The notes under the pieces are model-generated. The model was not told the DNA's origin and ran no database searches. It saw nothing but the letters and a program-made list of their open reading frames with translations. A stretch of 64,000 nt of DNA from positions 1 to 64,000 of IMG/VR virus record IMGVR_UViG_3300036791_001056, one strand, 5' to 3'. Source of the stretch: a virus. Both the position numbers and the translations under genes were made by a program. Below are positions 38,099-45,532 of this stretch, in pieces (position 1 is the first letter of the stretch; each line of letters opens with the position of its first letter).

Positions 38099-38170
38099 GG
38101 CGAGATAGCTCAGCGGCAGAGCGCTCGGCTCATAACCGAGAGGGCGTGGGTTCGGTGCCCACTCTCGCTA
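38099..38170 (+). tRNA. tRNA-Met(CAT), elongator
   Basis: Cloverleaf. Confidence 0.85.
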
Positions 38171-38172
38171 CG

Positions 38173-38247
38173 CGGCCGGTAGCTCAGCCGGTTCAGAGCA
38201 GCGGACTCATAATCCGCCGGTCCTGGGTTCAAGTCCCAGCCGGCCGA
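38173..38247 (+). tRNA. tRNA-CAT (Ile2 or Met)
   Basis: gcgga-ctcataa-tccgc. Confidence 0.85.
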
Positions 38248-38305
38248 CACAGGAGGTCAGATGCCCGGTAAACAGGTGGTCGCGCGAATACAGCAGGCGT
38301 GACCG

Positions 38306-38377
38306 GCCCCGCTAGCGCAACGGCAGAGCGGCGGACTTTTAATCCGACAGTTCGGGGTTCGAGTCCCCGGCGGGGCA
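38306..38377 (+). tRNA. tRNA-Lys(TTT)
   Basis: Cloverleaf. Confidence 0.9.
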
Positions 38378-38379
38378 CG

Positions 38380-38585
38380 CTCAGAAAGAGCTGAGCTCAG
38401 ACTAGCTGGTATCAGTGAAGCAGTGCTAATCTCAGCGCAGCGCGGCATACCTCAGCTCAGTGCGATGGAGCATAGCAGCGAAAAGCTCAGGTCCCAGCGC
38501 ACCAAAGAGCAGCTTACCGCAGCTCAGCTGACGAGAGCAAAGATTAGGAAAGCCGAGATTAGCTTAGTTGTAACCTTAGCTCAGC
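38380..38585 (+). repeat. (NNNAG)n pentamer-phased tract between tRNAs
   Basis: ctgag ctcag actag ... gagag caaag attag gaaag ccgag attag cttag; resumes at 38665-38722. Confidence 0.88.
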
Positions 38586-38659
38586 GTGCCACTGGCGCAA
38601 TCGGACAGCGCTGCCGTCTTCTAAGCGGTTGGTTCCCGGTTCGAGTCCGGGGTGGCGCA
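38586..38659 (+). tRNA. tRNA-Arg(TCT)
   Basis: Cloverleaf. Confidence 0.88.
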
Positions 38660-38728
38660 CCTTGCGAAGCTAAGTGGAGTTAAGCGGTGCTTAGTCCAGC
38701 AGAGTAAAGTTAAGCGAAGTACTTATGC

Positions 38729-38800
38729 GCGCTGATAGTGCAGCGGATAGCACGGCGACCTCCTAAGTCGCAGGCCCGAGTCCGAATCTCGGTTGGCGCA
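38729..38800 (+). tRNA. tRNA-Arg(CCT)
   Basis: Cloverleaf. Confidence 0.88.
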
Positions 38801-38842
38801 CCCAGTAAGATGTGGTATAATTGTTAACAGTAGTCTCCGTGA

Positions 38843-38916
38843 GCTCCTATGGACAAAGCGGTTAAGTTGCCTGCCCCTCAAGCAGGAGATTCCCGGTTCG
38901 AATCCGGGTGGGAGCA
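38843..38916 (+). tRNA. tRNA-Glu(CTC)
   Basis: Cloverleaf. Confidence 0.9.
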
Positions 38917-38988
38917 CGCGCGGTAGTGTAACGGCAACATGCCGGGCTCATAACCCGGGTGATGCGGGTTCGAGTCCCGCCTGCGCAT
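38917..38988 (+). tRNA. tRNA-fMet(CAT)
   Basis: C1:A72 mismatch; GGG/CCC anticodon stem. Confidence 0.85.
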
Positions 38989-39003
38989 CGTTAGGTGATC
39001 AAC

Positions 39004-39075
39004 GGCCCCATCGTCTATGGGTTAGGATCGGCGGTTTTCACCCGCCGGAACGGAGTTCGACTCTCCGTGGGGCTG
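39004..39075 (+). tRNA. tRNA-Glu(TTC)
   Basis: Cloverleaf. Confidence 0.9.
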
Positions 39076-39076
39076 C

Positions 39077-39150
39077 AGCGGAGTGGAGCAGTTCGGTAGC
39101 TCGGTGGGCTCATAATCCACAGGTCCCGGGTTCAAATCCCGGCTCTGCCA
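39077..39150 (+). tRNA. tRNA-fMet-like (CAT), second copy
   Basis: 1:72 mismatch; TGGAGCAG..GGTAGCTCG D arm. Confidence 0.85.
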
Positions 39151-39196
39151 CGGGGACGGCTGGTTTCGTGTGGCCACTTGGCCAGCCGTCACTCAT

Positions 39197-39268
39197 TCCG
39201 GTCTGGCCAAACGGCAAGGCGCCGAGCTGTTAACTCGGACATTCGGGGTTCGACTCCCTGGACCGGAG
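39197..39268 (+). tRNA. tRNA-Asn(GTT)
   Basis: Cloverleaf. Confidence 0.92.
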
Positions 39269-39296
39269 CGGGTGGCCTCAGGCTGCCACCTGCCGA

Positions 39297-39368
39297 GCTG
39301 GCGTAGTGTATCGGTGTGCACGGCACCCCGTCAAGGTGCTAGGGCGAGTTCAACTCTCGTCGTCAGCG
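39297..39368 (+). tRNA. tRNA-Asp(GTC)
   Basis: Cloverleaf; G73. Confidence 0.85.
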
Positions 39369-39414
39369 CGATGCGCGGCAGCCGTGCCTGCATACCGTTG
39401 TCGCGCATCATTTT

Positions 39415-39486
39415 GCTCGAGTGGCTCAGCGGAAGAGCACCGCCCCGACACGGCGGAGGTCGCTGGTTCGATCCCAGCTTCGGGCA
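39415..39486 (+). tRNA. tRNA-Val(GAC)
   Basis: Cloverleaf. Confidence 0.9.
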
Positions 39487-39612
39487 CGCAGTTGTGCAGA
39501 GGGATTCTAGACAACTCCAGCGTGGTGCAAGTGCATACCCGGAGCAGCCAGCCGCAAGTCCACGCGCTCAGCCATCACGGGTGGGAGAGGTTGAGACCGC
39601 ACAATTGCCACG

Positions 39613-39684
39613 GTTCCCATGGTGAAACGGATATCATACCGGGCTACGAACCCGGAGGCCTCAGTTCGATTCTGGGTGGGAACA
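39613..39684 (+). tRNA. tRNA-Arg(ACG)
   Basis: Cloverleaf. Confidence 0.9.
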
Positions 39685-39685
39685 C

Positions 39686-39819
39686 GCTGCGGTGGTGTAA
39701 AGGGATCCAAGTGGGCGCCCGCCTGGTCCTATTCCGGCGGCCGGCATTCGCGAGGCCGGCGCAGGTGATGCATGCTGGCCATTAAGCCAGGAGTGGAGGT
39801 TCAAGTCCTCCCTGCAGCC
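39686..39819 (+). ncRNA. tRNA-like RNA with roughly 60-nt D-loop insertion
   Basis: Acceptor gctgcgg/ctgcagc, T arm ggagg-ttcaagt-cctcc, 6-nt anticodon-position loop cattaa. Confidence 0.65.
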
Positions 39820-39848
39820 CACTGTTTTCTAGGAATAGAGAAATAGAG

Positions 39849-40064
39849 ATGATAAGGCTATTTCTAATAATAGTCATCTGTAGCTATCGACTAATTCCAG
39901 TCCGTATTCGCAGGATCTGGTCGTTTGGGTGTTCGACAAGTTATCAGGGTCTGGTTGCAGTCCGGTCGACGCCTACAGCAGCAGCAGCTATCACAGAGTT
40001 CAGGAAGTTTGCCAGTCTTAGGCATGAAGGTGGCGGGGTTCCCAGCTTTGAGTGGGGAAAGTAA
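39849..40064 (+). CDS. Small low-GC ORF, weakly YidD-like
   Basis: N-terminal amphipathic helix ..VICSYRLIP and GCSTSY..AV. Confidence 0.35.
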   Translation: MIRLFLIIVICSYRLIPVRIRRIWSFGCSTSYQGLVAVRSTPTAAAAITEFRKFASLRHEGGGVPSFEWGK

Positions 40065-40082
40065 TCCCGTTCCCTGCATCAT

Positions 40083-40197
40083 ACCGTTGGTAGTGTAAAG
40101 GTAACACGCTCGAGTTCACGCTGCTGCCAGTTACCGGTTACCTGGCAGTAAGCGGGCTCCACAGAGATGACGGTTCAAGTCCGTTCCAGCGGTACCA
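40083..40197 (+). ncRNA. tRNA-like RNA with giant anticodon arm
   Basis: accgttgg/ccagcggt acceptor plus ACCA; normal D and T arms; long hairpin in place of anticodon arm. Confidence 0.7.
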
Positions 40198-40198
40198 A

Positions 40199-40270
40199 GC
40201 GTGGTTAGCTCAGCGGAAGAGCAGCTGGTCCACACCCAGCAGGCCGGGGGTTCGAGCCCCTCACTACGCA
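40199..40270 (+). tRNA. tRNA-Val(CAC)
   Basis: Cloverleaf. Confidence 0.88.
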
Positions 40271-40272
40271 CC

Positions 40273-40345
40273 GGGTCGTGATCCAAGTGGTTGAGGAAGC
40301 TGCCTGTGACGCAGTTATTAGCGGGTTCGAATCCCGCACGACCCT
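40273..40345 (+). tRNA. tRNA-His(GTG)
   Basis: Cloverleaf; G-1:C73. Confidence 0.85.
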
Positions 40346-40456
40346 CGGGGCTCGAGTCTCGTAGCCTAGTGCCTAGGACAGCCGATACTGCCAGAGAGAT
40401 GACGCGTCTAGCTCTCTGGTGAGTCGCTGGTGCGGGCATAACCCACGAGACCGCAC

Positions 40457-40535
40457 GCCAGATGTGGGCGACGGATCGCCCAGCTGACTGTAAATCAGCC
40501 GCCTCGGCAGCCCCCGTTCGACCCGGGGATCTGGC
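40457..40535 (+). tRNA. tRNA-Tyr(GTA)
   Basis: gctga-ctgtaaa-tcagc; variable arm; 6-bp D stem. Confidence 0.8.
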
Positions 40536-40603
40536 TCGCAGATGGTGACCTGCACAAGCTCCGCTCTCCGAGGTTGAATCCGTCGGCTCGGAGAGCGGAC
40601 CAC

Positions 40604-40673
40604 GCTTCCGGTAACGGACAGTACCCTCGTCCCTCCGAAGGATGGGTGCCCGGTTCGACTCCGGGCGGAAGTA
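40604..40673 (+). tRNA. tRNA-Arg(CCG)
   Basis: cgtcc-ctccgaa-ggatg; weak D arm. Confidence 0.75.
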
Positions 40674-40690
40674 CGGCGGCTGCGGAACTT

Positions 40691-40749
40691 GGGCGTAAGG
40701 TGGCTGGTTGCCACGGCGCGCGAGGCGGGTTCGATTCCCGCTGCGTCCA
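40691..40749 (+). ncRNA. Anticodon-less tRNA-Ala-like mini RNA
   Basis: gggcgta/tgcgtcc with G3:U70 and A73; D-like hairpin; perfect T arm. Confidence 0.6.
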
Positions 40750-40801
40750 CGCAGCAGCGACGTGGCTGTGAACTCGCATGCGCACCGCGCCGCTGCTCCA
40801 T

Positions 40802-40872
40802 CTCACCATGACCGAGAGGCGAGGTACGCGCCTGCAAAGCGCGGCACGCGGGTTCAAATCCCGCTGGTGAGT
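40802..40872 (+). tRNA. tRNA-Cys(GCA)
   Basis: Cloverleaf; U73. Confidence 0.9.
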
Positions 40873-40881
40873 CGGAACCTA

Positions 40882-40955
40882 GCACGGGTCGAAGCTGACC
40901 GGTTATCAGATCACATCTGGCCAAGAAATACCGGGAAGCGCTCACGCATCTGTGC
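40882..40955 (+). ncRNA. Y-RNA-like Y1 (minimal)
   Basis: gcacgggt/atctgtgc stem; GGGTCGAAG; CCGGTTAT..CCGG. Confidence 0.7.
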
Positions 40956-40966
40956 CCAGACCTCAA

Positions 40967-41038
40967 GCGTGGGTCGAATGACCGCCGGTTATCATCACGT
41001 TAGTTATGTCCGGTGATCACGTACTGCTGCATCCACGT
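40967..41038 (+). ncRNA. Y-RNA-like Y2 (minimal)
   Basis: gcgtgggt/atccacgt stem; same scaffold. Confidence 0.7.
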
Positions 41039-41047
41039 CAGCGTCAC

Positions 41048-41126
41048 CCACAGGGTCGAAGACAGCTGGGTTATCTGCGCCAGCAGGTCACCGTCTAACC
41101 CAGTTGCCACCTACATCATCCTGTGG
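41048..41126 (+). ncRNA. Y-RNA-like Y3 (minimal)
   Basis: ccacagggt/atcctgtgg stem; inner stem covaries (ctgggtta/taacccag). Confidence 0.7.
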
Positions 41127-41140
41127 TAGAGTTACTTACA

Positions 41141-41205
41141 TGAGCGGGTCGATGCTCACCGGTTACCGGTAAAGTGATCCGGTGAGCGCTCAACTCATCC
41201 GCTCA
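41141..41205 (+). ncRNA. Y-RNA-like Y4 (minimal)
   Basis: tgagcgggt/atccgctca stem. Confidence 0.7.
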
Positions 41206-41255
41206 CGCCCGTCACGGTCTGGTACAACTGAATTAGACTTCACCCCCCAAGTTTG

Positions 41256-41395
41256 CGGCGTGGGCGCGGGTCGAACGTCAGCCGGTTATCTTTCTGCAAA
41301 AAGGAAACAGTAGGTTCGATTCTTATCAGTCTCTTCGGAGGCTGGGTATGGCACCAGTAAACCCGGTTGCGATCATCACATCCGCGGCTGCGCCG
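41256..41395 (+). ncRNA. Y-RNA-like Y5, permuted tRNA module with GCA anticodon-like loop
   Basis: Order: anticodon hairpin, T arm, UUCG-capped acceptor stem, D-like arm. Confidence 0.75.
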
Positions 41396-41405
41396 GAGGC
41401 TTGGG

Positions 41406-41550
41406 TGGTCTGGTGGGGCGAAGTCACGTCGGTTATCTCTTTTGGGAAGAGGTAGTGCAGGTTCGATTCCTGCTCGGCCAGCTCACTGGCCGATAGTGTA
41501 ACGGCAGCACGCTAAACGTCCGGCAGGCATCATCATCTCCACCAGGACCA
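41406..41550 (+). ncRNA. Y-RNA-like Y6, permuted tRNA module with TGG anticodon-like loop
   Basis: Anticodon hairpin, T arm gcagg-ttcgatt-cctgc, closed acceptor stem, D arm. Confidence 0.8.
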
Positions 41551-41561
41551 GCCTCAGCTCG

Positions 41562-41683
41562 CAGAGCGGGCATGGGTCGACCACGTACCGGTTACCGAAG
41601 GTTCGACTCCTCCCGTCCCCACCTCACGGGGACGTGCCCTTGGGGGCACACCGGTTGTCATCACTACATCCGTGCCCGCTCTG
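41562..41683 (+). ncRNA. Y-RNA-like Y7 (T-acceptor-D module)
   Basis: 16-bp closing stem; T arm, closed acceptor, D-like hairpin. Confidence 0.75.
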
Positions 41684-41706
41684 GAGGCTGAATACTTCTG
41701 ATGTGA

Positions 41707-41861
41707 CCTGACGGGTCGAAGTTGCGCCGGTTACCTTCATTTAATCTGGAAGTCGTGGGTTCGAGTCCCGCTCCTGGTCTGTTATCAGACTGGGATAGCT
41801 CAGTGGGTAGAGCACCAGACCGGCAACAGTCGCCGGTGCACGGCACCAAGCATCTGTCAGG
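41707..41861 (+). ncRNA. YrlA-type Y RNA Y8
   Basis: GGGTCGAAG; T arm, closed acceptor, D arm, and ccaga/tctgg anticodon stem linking to the Ro-binding helix. Confidence 0.85.
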
Positions 41862-41914
41862 CCAGCACTTACATGCGAGAGCATCCGCCGTGAGGCGGGT
41901 CGATCTGATGGGAG

Positions 41915-43594
41915 ATGATCGTCATGACGAGTCGTGACGCGCTCGCCGGGTTCAACCCGGCAGTCACGCCGCAGACCCAGCCAGCTCCGGGACGCACCGA
42001 CATGGTGAAGGGACCTGCTGGCGGGTACGGCTTCCAGAAGGACCGGTGGAACCAGCTCGAGGACTTCTTGATTCTCGGGACCACCGGCGGCAGCTACTAC
42101 CTCGGCCAGGACCAGCTGACTCAGCAGAACGTGAGCGTGGTCATCGAGCTAGCCAAGTCGCACGGTGCGCAGCTCGTGCAGCTCGTGGTTGAAATTTCAA
42201 CCTCAGTCCCACCGCGCGCTCCGAAGAACCGGGGATGCCTGTACGCGCTGGCTGCCGCATCAGCGTTCGGTGACCCAGCTGCTGTGCAGGCCGTCAAGGC
42301 GGCGCTGCCTCAAGTCGCGCGGACCACCGATCACCTGGCTGCGTTCTTCGGCTACCGCAAGCTGCTGAAGAGCAAGACCACCGCGCGTGGGACGTCACCG
42401 GTCGCTGGTCGCGCCTACCGCTCGGCGCTCGCTGCGTGGTTCACGGCGAGCGACGTCAATGACGTCGCGTTCCGGGCCTGCAAGGCCCGCCAGCGGAAGA
42501 CTCCGGCCGGCGAGGCGTTCGACCTGCGGGACGCGATCCGCATGGCGCACCCGGCGAGCGACACGCCCGAGCGGCAGCTGCTCTTCCGGTGGCTGGCCGG
42601 CAAGGCCGATGACGCAGAGGCAGCGCGGGTGCTGCCGGCGGTTGACAACTTCATCACGGCGCAGGCCGTGAAGACTCCGGCTGAGGCGATCCGCGTGGTT
42701 ACCGACCGGCGCGTTCCCTGGGAGTTCTTGCCCTCCGCTGTCCTCGCAGACAGGGGGGTGTGGGAGGCGCTCACCGAGACCATCGGCGTGACAGCGCTGA
42801 TCCGGAACCTGGCGCGAATGACCCGCATCGGGACTCTCGCTCCATTCGCCGCGGCCAACGTTACGGTGATCCGGCGGCTCACCAGCGCAGAGGCACTGGC
42901 GAGGGGGCGCATTCACCCGATGGACGTGTACCTCGCGCTGCGGGTCTACGCGGCCGGCACTAGCCAGCCGAATCCCAAGGCTGAGCGCTCCACCTGGACT
43001 CCGGTCCCGGAGATCCTCGATGCGCTCGAGGTCGCGTACGACCTCAGCCACGGCCACGTGCAGCCGTCAGGTAAGAAGTTCGTCCTCGCGGTAGACTCAT
43101 CAGGCTCGATGACGTATGGCCACGTGTCATTCACCGGTGCTAACCTGGGTCAGGCATATCACGTCGCATCAGCCATCGCTACGATGATTAAGCGCATTGA
43201 AGGCGCGAACGTCCACGTCGTTGATGTAGACACGGCAGTCCGGAACTCACGGATCACCCCACGCACCAACCTGCGCGAGATCTCATCGTGGCGAGCTAGT
43301 GGCGGAGGCACTGACCTCTCGCTGCCCATGACGTACGCGATGCAGTACGATCTCCGGGTCGACGGCTTCGCGCTGCTCACGGACAACGCGACGTGGGCCG
43401 GGCACATTCACCCATTCCAGGCGCTCGAGCAGTACCGCCAGCGGTACAACCCCGGCGCGCGGTTCGTGGACATCAGCATGGTGCCTTCCGGGTTCAGCGT
43501 CGCTGATCCCAAGCATGAGGGCGTGATCAACATGACCGGGATGGACGCGTCACTGCCCGTGGCGCTGGCCGGGTACCTCCGTGCTGCGGGGTGA
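41915..43594 (+). CDS. Ro60/Rsr TROVE-domain RNA-binding protein
   Basis: AGGYGF..D.WNQLEDFLILGTTGGSYY, ALIRNLARMT, RIHP, vWA domain DSSGSM/GGTD/TDN; likely start at 41924. Confidence 0.93.
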   Translation: MIVMTSRDALAGFNPAVTPQTQPAPGRTDMVKGPAGGYGFQKDRWNQLEDFLILGTTGGSYYLGQDQLTQQNVSVVIELAKSHGAQLVQLVVEISTSVPPRAPKNRGCLYALAAASAFGDPAAVQAVKAALPQVARTTDHLAAFFGYRKLLKSKTTARGTSPVAGRAYRSALAAWFTASDVNDVAFRACKARQRKTPAGEAFDLRDAIRMAHPASDTPERQLLFRWLAGKADDAEAARVLPAVDNFITAQAVKTPAEAIRVVTDRRVPWEFLPSAVLADRGVWEALTETIGVTALIRNLARMTRIGTLAPFAAANVTVIRRLTSAEALARGRIHPMDVYLALRVYAAGTSQPNPKAERSTWTPVPEILDALEVAYDLSHGHVQPSGKKFVLAVDSSGSMTYGHVSFTGANLGQAYHVASAIATMIKRIEGANVHVVDVDTAVRNSRITPRTNLREISSWRASGGGTDLSLPMTYAMQYDLRVDGFALLTDNATWAGHIHPFQALEQYRQRYNPGARFVDISMVPSGFSVADPKHEGVINMTGMDASLPVALAGYLRAAG

Positions 43595-43770
43595 CTCACC
43601 TGAGGCGGCGGTCACTGAGCTCAGTGGCCGCCGCTCTGCCATGTAGAAATCATCAGCTTGAGCGAGACCACCGTCTGGCTGCGTGCTCACGGCGGGTGCG
43701 GTGGCGGTGGCCTCACGACGCCCTGATCCCCATCATCGTGGGCGTGGCTGCCGCGCTGCTGGTGATCTGG

Positions 43771-43799
43771 TTTACATCGTGATGATGATGTGGTAGAGT
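43771..43799 (+). promoter_or_regulatory. Promoter TTTACA-N17-TAGAGT
   Basis: Repeated consensus plus GAGGAACGGAGG leader. Confidence 0.75.
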
Positions 43800-43830
43800 T
43801 AGCATCACGAACCGAGGAACGGAGGAAGAG

Positions 43831-44832
43831 ATGAGTGATACCGCAGTAGTGGAGCCAAGCGCAGCAGCGCCAGTTGACGCGCCAGTAGCCCCCACGCTGG
43901 TCATCCCGCCCACCAGCGGCCGGATCTTGCCGTGGCAGGGCATCGCTGCCGGAGACAGTGAAGACAGCGCGCTGACCTGCCAGCAGATGCTCAGCAGCGC
44001 CGGGCTGGACTGGGAGGTCGGCATCCGGCCGTACATGCGCCAGACCGCCGCCGGGCTGGTCACGTCGGCTAAGATGTTCGAGACGTACCGCCAGGACACG
44101 GACGATCACATCGGCGCTGCCGAGCTCGGTGGCGTGAAGTCGCGCTACGCGCTCCTGCAGAACCGTGAGGCGTTCGACTTCGGTGACGGCCTGGTAGAGC
44201 GCGGCCTCGGCCGCTGGACGCACGCAGGCTCGCAGCAGGGCGGCGCCAAGATCTTCATGACGATGCTGCTCGAGGAGCAGTTCCAGGTGCTCGGCTCTGT
44301 GCCGATGAAGACGTACTTGTTCCTCTCCAGCAGCCATGACGGCGCCCGATCACTCGCCGGGTTCGTCACCCCCATCAACGTGTGGTGCACTAACCAGACC
44401 GCTGCTGTCCGCCGGGACAACGTGGACCGCTTCACGATCCAGCACACCTCCTCAATGAGGGAGAAGCTGCTGGAGGCGCAGAACGCGCTGCTCCGGGCTG
44501 GCCAGTACAGCACGCTCATCCAGGAGCACGCCGAGCTGCTGGCTGCTACCCCCGTTGGTGAGCGCAAGGCGCGGAATGTGCTCATGAAGGTCATCCCAGA
44601 GCGCCGGCCACGGCGCGAAGAGATGATCAGCGGGATCATCTACGTGTTCAAGAACTCGCCCACCATCGAGGGATTCCGTGACAACGGGTGGGGCCTGCTG
44701 AACGCGGTCACCGAGTACATGGACCACATCAAGCCTCAGCGGAACGCCAACGCGCGGTACGAGTCGATCACCTTCGGAGAGGGCGCCAAGGCCCGCCTGG
44801 CCACCGCTCGCATCTTGGCCGGGTCTAACTAG
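43831..44832 (+). CDS. DUF932 (DUF945-like) protein
   Basis: AGLDWEV, Y..LQNREAF, SSHDG, CTN, WGLLNAVTEY.DH. Confidence 0.88.
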   Translation: MSDTAVVEPSAAAPVDAPVAPTLVIPPTSGRILPWQGIAAGDSEDSALTCQQMLSSAGLDWEVGIRPYMRQTAAGLVTSAKMFETYRQDTDDHIGAAELGGVKSRYALLQNREAFDFGDGLVERGLGRWTHAGSQQGGAKIFMTMLLEEQFQVLGSVPMKTYLFLSSSHDGARSLAGFVTPINVWCTNQTAAVRRDNVDRFTIQHTSSMREKLLEAQNALLRAGQYSTLIQEHAELLAATPVGERKARNVLMKVIPERRPRREEMISGIIYVFKNSPTIEGFRDNGWGLLNAVTEYMDHIKPQRNANARYESITFGEGAKARLATARILAGSN

Positions 44833-45191
44833 TGATGAGCAGCGAGAGGCCGCCGGGCACCAGCTCGGCGGCCTCTGGCGTGATTAGTGATGCTGATGAC
44901 GGCTACGCGCGGATGGCTGCCGTCATCACCGGGCTCAGCGGGCGCGCGGTCAGCAGGCAGTGCGTGTGGCAGTGGTGGCGGCGGCGTGACCGGACTGGGT
45001 TTCCCGAGGGCACGCTCACGCTGGGTCGCACTAAGCATCACCGGGTGTTCAGCGAGGACGCGGTCACCGTCTGGTGGGACACGTACCAGCACCACGTCCG
45101 CCGGTCGTTCTGGCGGACGGGTTTACAGCACGCGGGCAGATGTGATACAGTTTACAACGTAGGAACTGAGCGGAGGTGGGAATCGTGGTGA
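44832..45191 (+). CDS. Putative HTH/excisionase-like DNA-binding protein
   Basis: VSRQCVWQW...GFPE...VF...V..WW. Confidence 0.5.
   Translation: MMSSERPPGTSSAASGVISDADDGYARMAAVITGLSGRAVSRQCVWQWWRRRDRTGFPEGTLTLGRTKHHRVFSEDAVTVWWDTYQHHVRRSFWRTGLQHAGRCDTVYNVGTERRWESW
45122..45151 (+). promoter_or_regulatory. Promoter TTTACA-N18-TACAGT
   Basis: Repeated consensus. Confidence 0.65.
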
Positions 45192-45532
45192 TCTCCCGGC
45201 AGTGCGCGGCCAGCATGCACCTGCACTGCGCTGAGCCAGCCGGCTGCGCGTGTCCCGTTTGCCACAACATCTGCAGCGTGTGCGGCCAGCGCGTGATGAA
45301 CGTCATCACACTGCCTGATCATCCGGCCATCCTCGCTGATGTCCGGGGAACCGGCGCGTGCGCTGCGTGCTACGGCACGCTCACCGCGCTGCTGCCCAAG
45401 GGGCAGGGCTGCGAGGTCTGCGGCGCACCCCAGGGGTACCGGAATCTCCGAGACCCAGCGGGCTTGTACAAGTGCCAAGACTGCCACGTCGCAGCGGGCA
45501 CAGCGGCGCTGTGGACGGTGAGCCCGCCGTGA
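45176..45532 (+). CDS. Cys-rich zinc-binding protein
   Basis: Multiple CxxC motifs; RBS GGAGG. Confidence 0.6.
   Translation: MGIVVISRQCAASMHLHCAEPAGCACPVCHNICSVCGQRVMNVITLPDHPAILADVRGTGACAACYGTLTALLPKGQGCEVCGAPQGYRNLRDPAGLYKCQDCHVAAGTAALWTVSPP

Noticed and set aside
38423-38683. ORFs over pentamer tracts (also 3218-3496 and 4379-4705)
   Set aside because: No RBS, overlap with tRNAs or real genes, and low-complexity translations are by-products of the 5-nt periodicity.
39770-39790. Ochre suppressor tRNA (TTA) or stop-codon recoding
   Set aside because: The loop is only 6 nt (cattaa) in an aberrant scaffold, and genes end normally at TAA, TAG and TGA.
32815-41016. Many ORF-track entries across the tRNA array
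   Set aside because: They overlap clear tRNA cloverleaves; only the two HNH genes and possibly 39849-40064 look coding.
40882-41861. CRISPR array interpretation of the repeated GGGTCGAA/CCGGTTA units
   Set aside because: Repeats are short, discontinuous and structure-conserved rather than identical; spacing is irregular; there is no cas operon. The Cas4-like gene sits in a recombination module.
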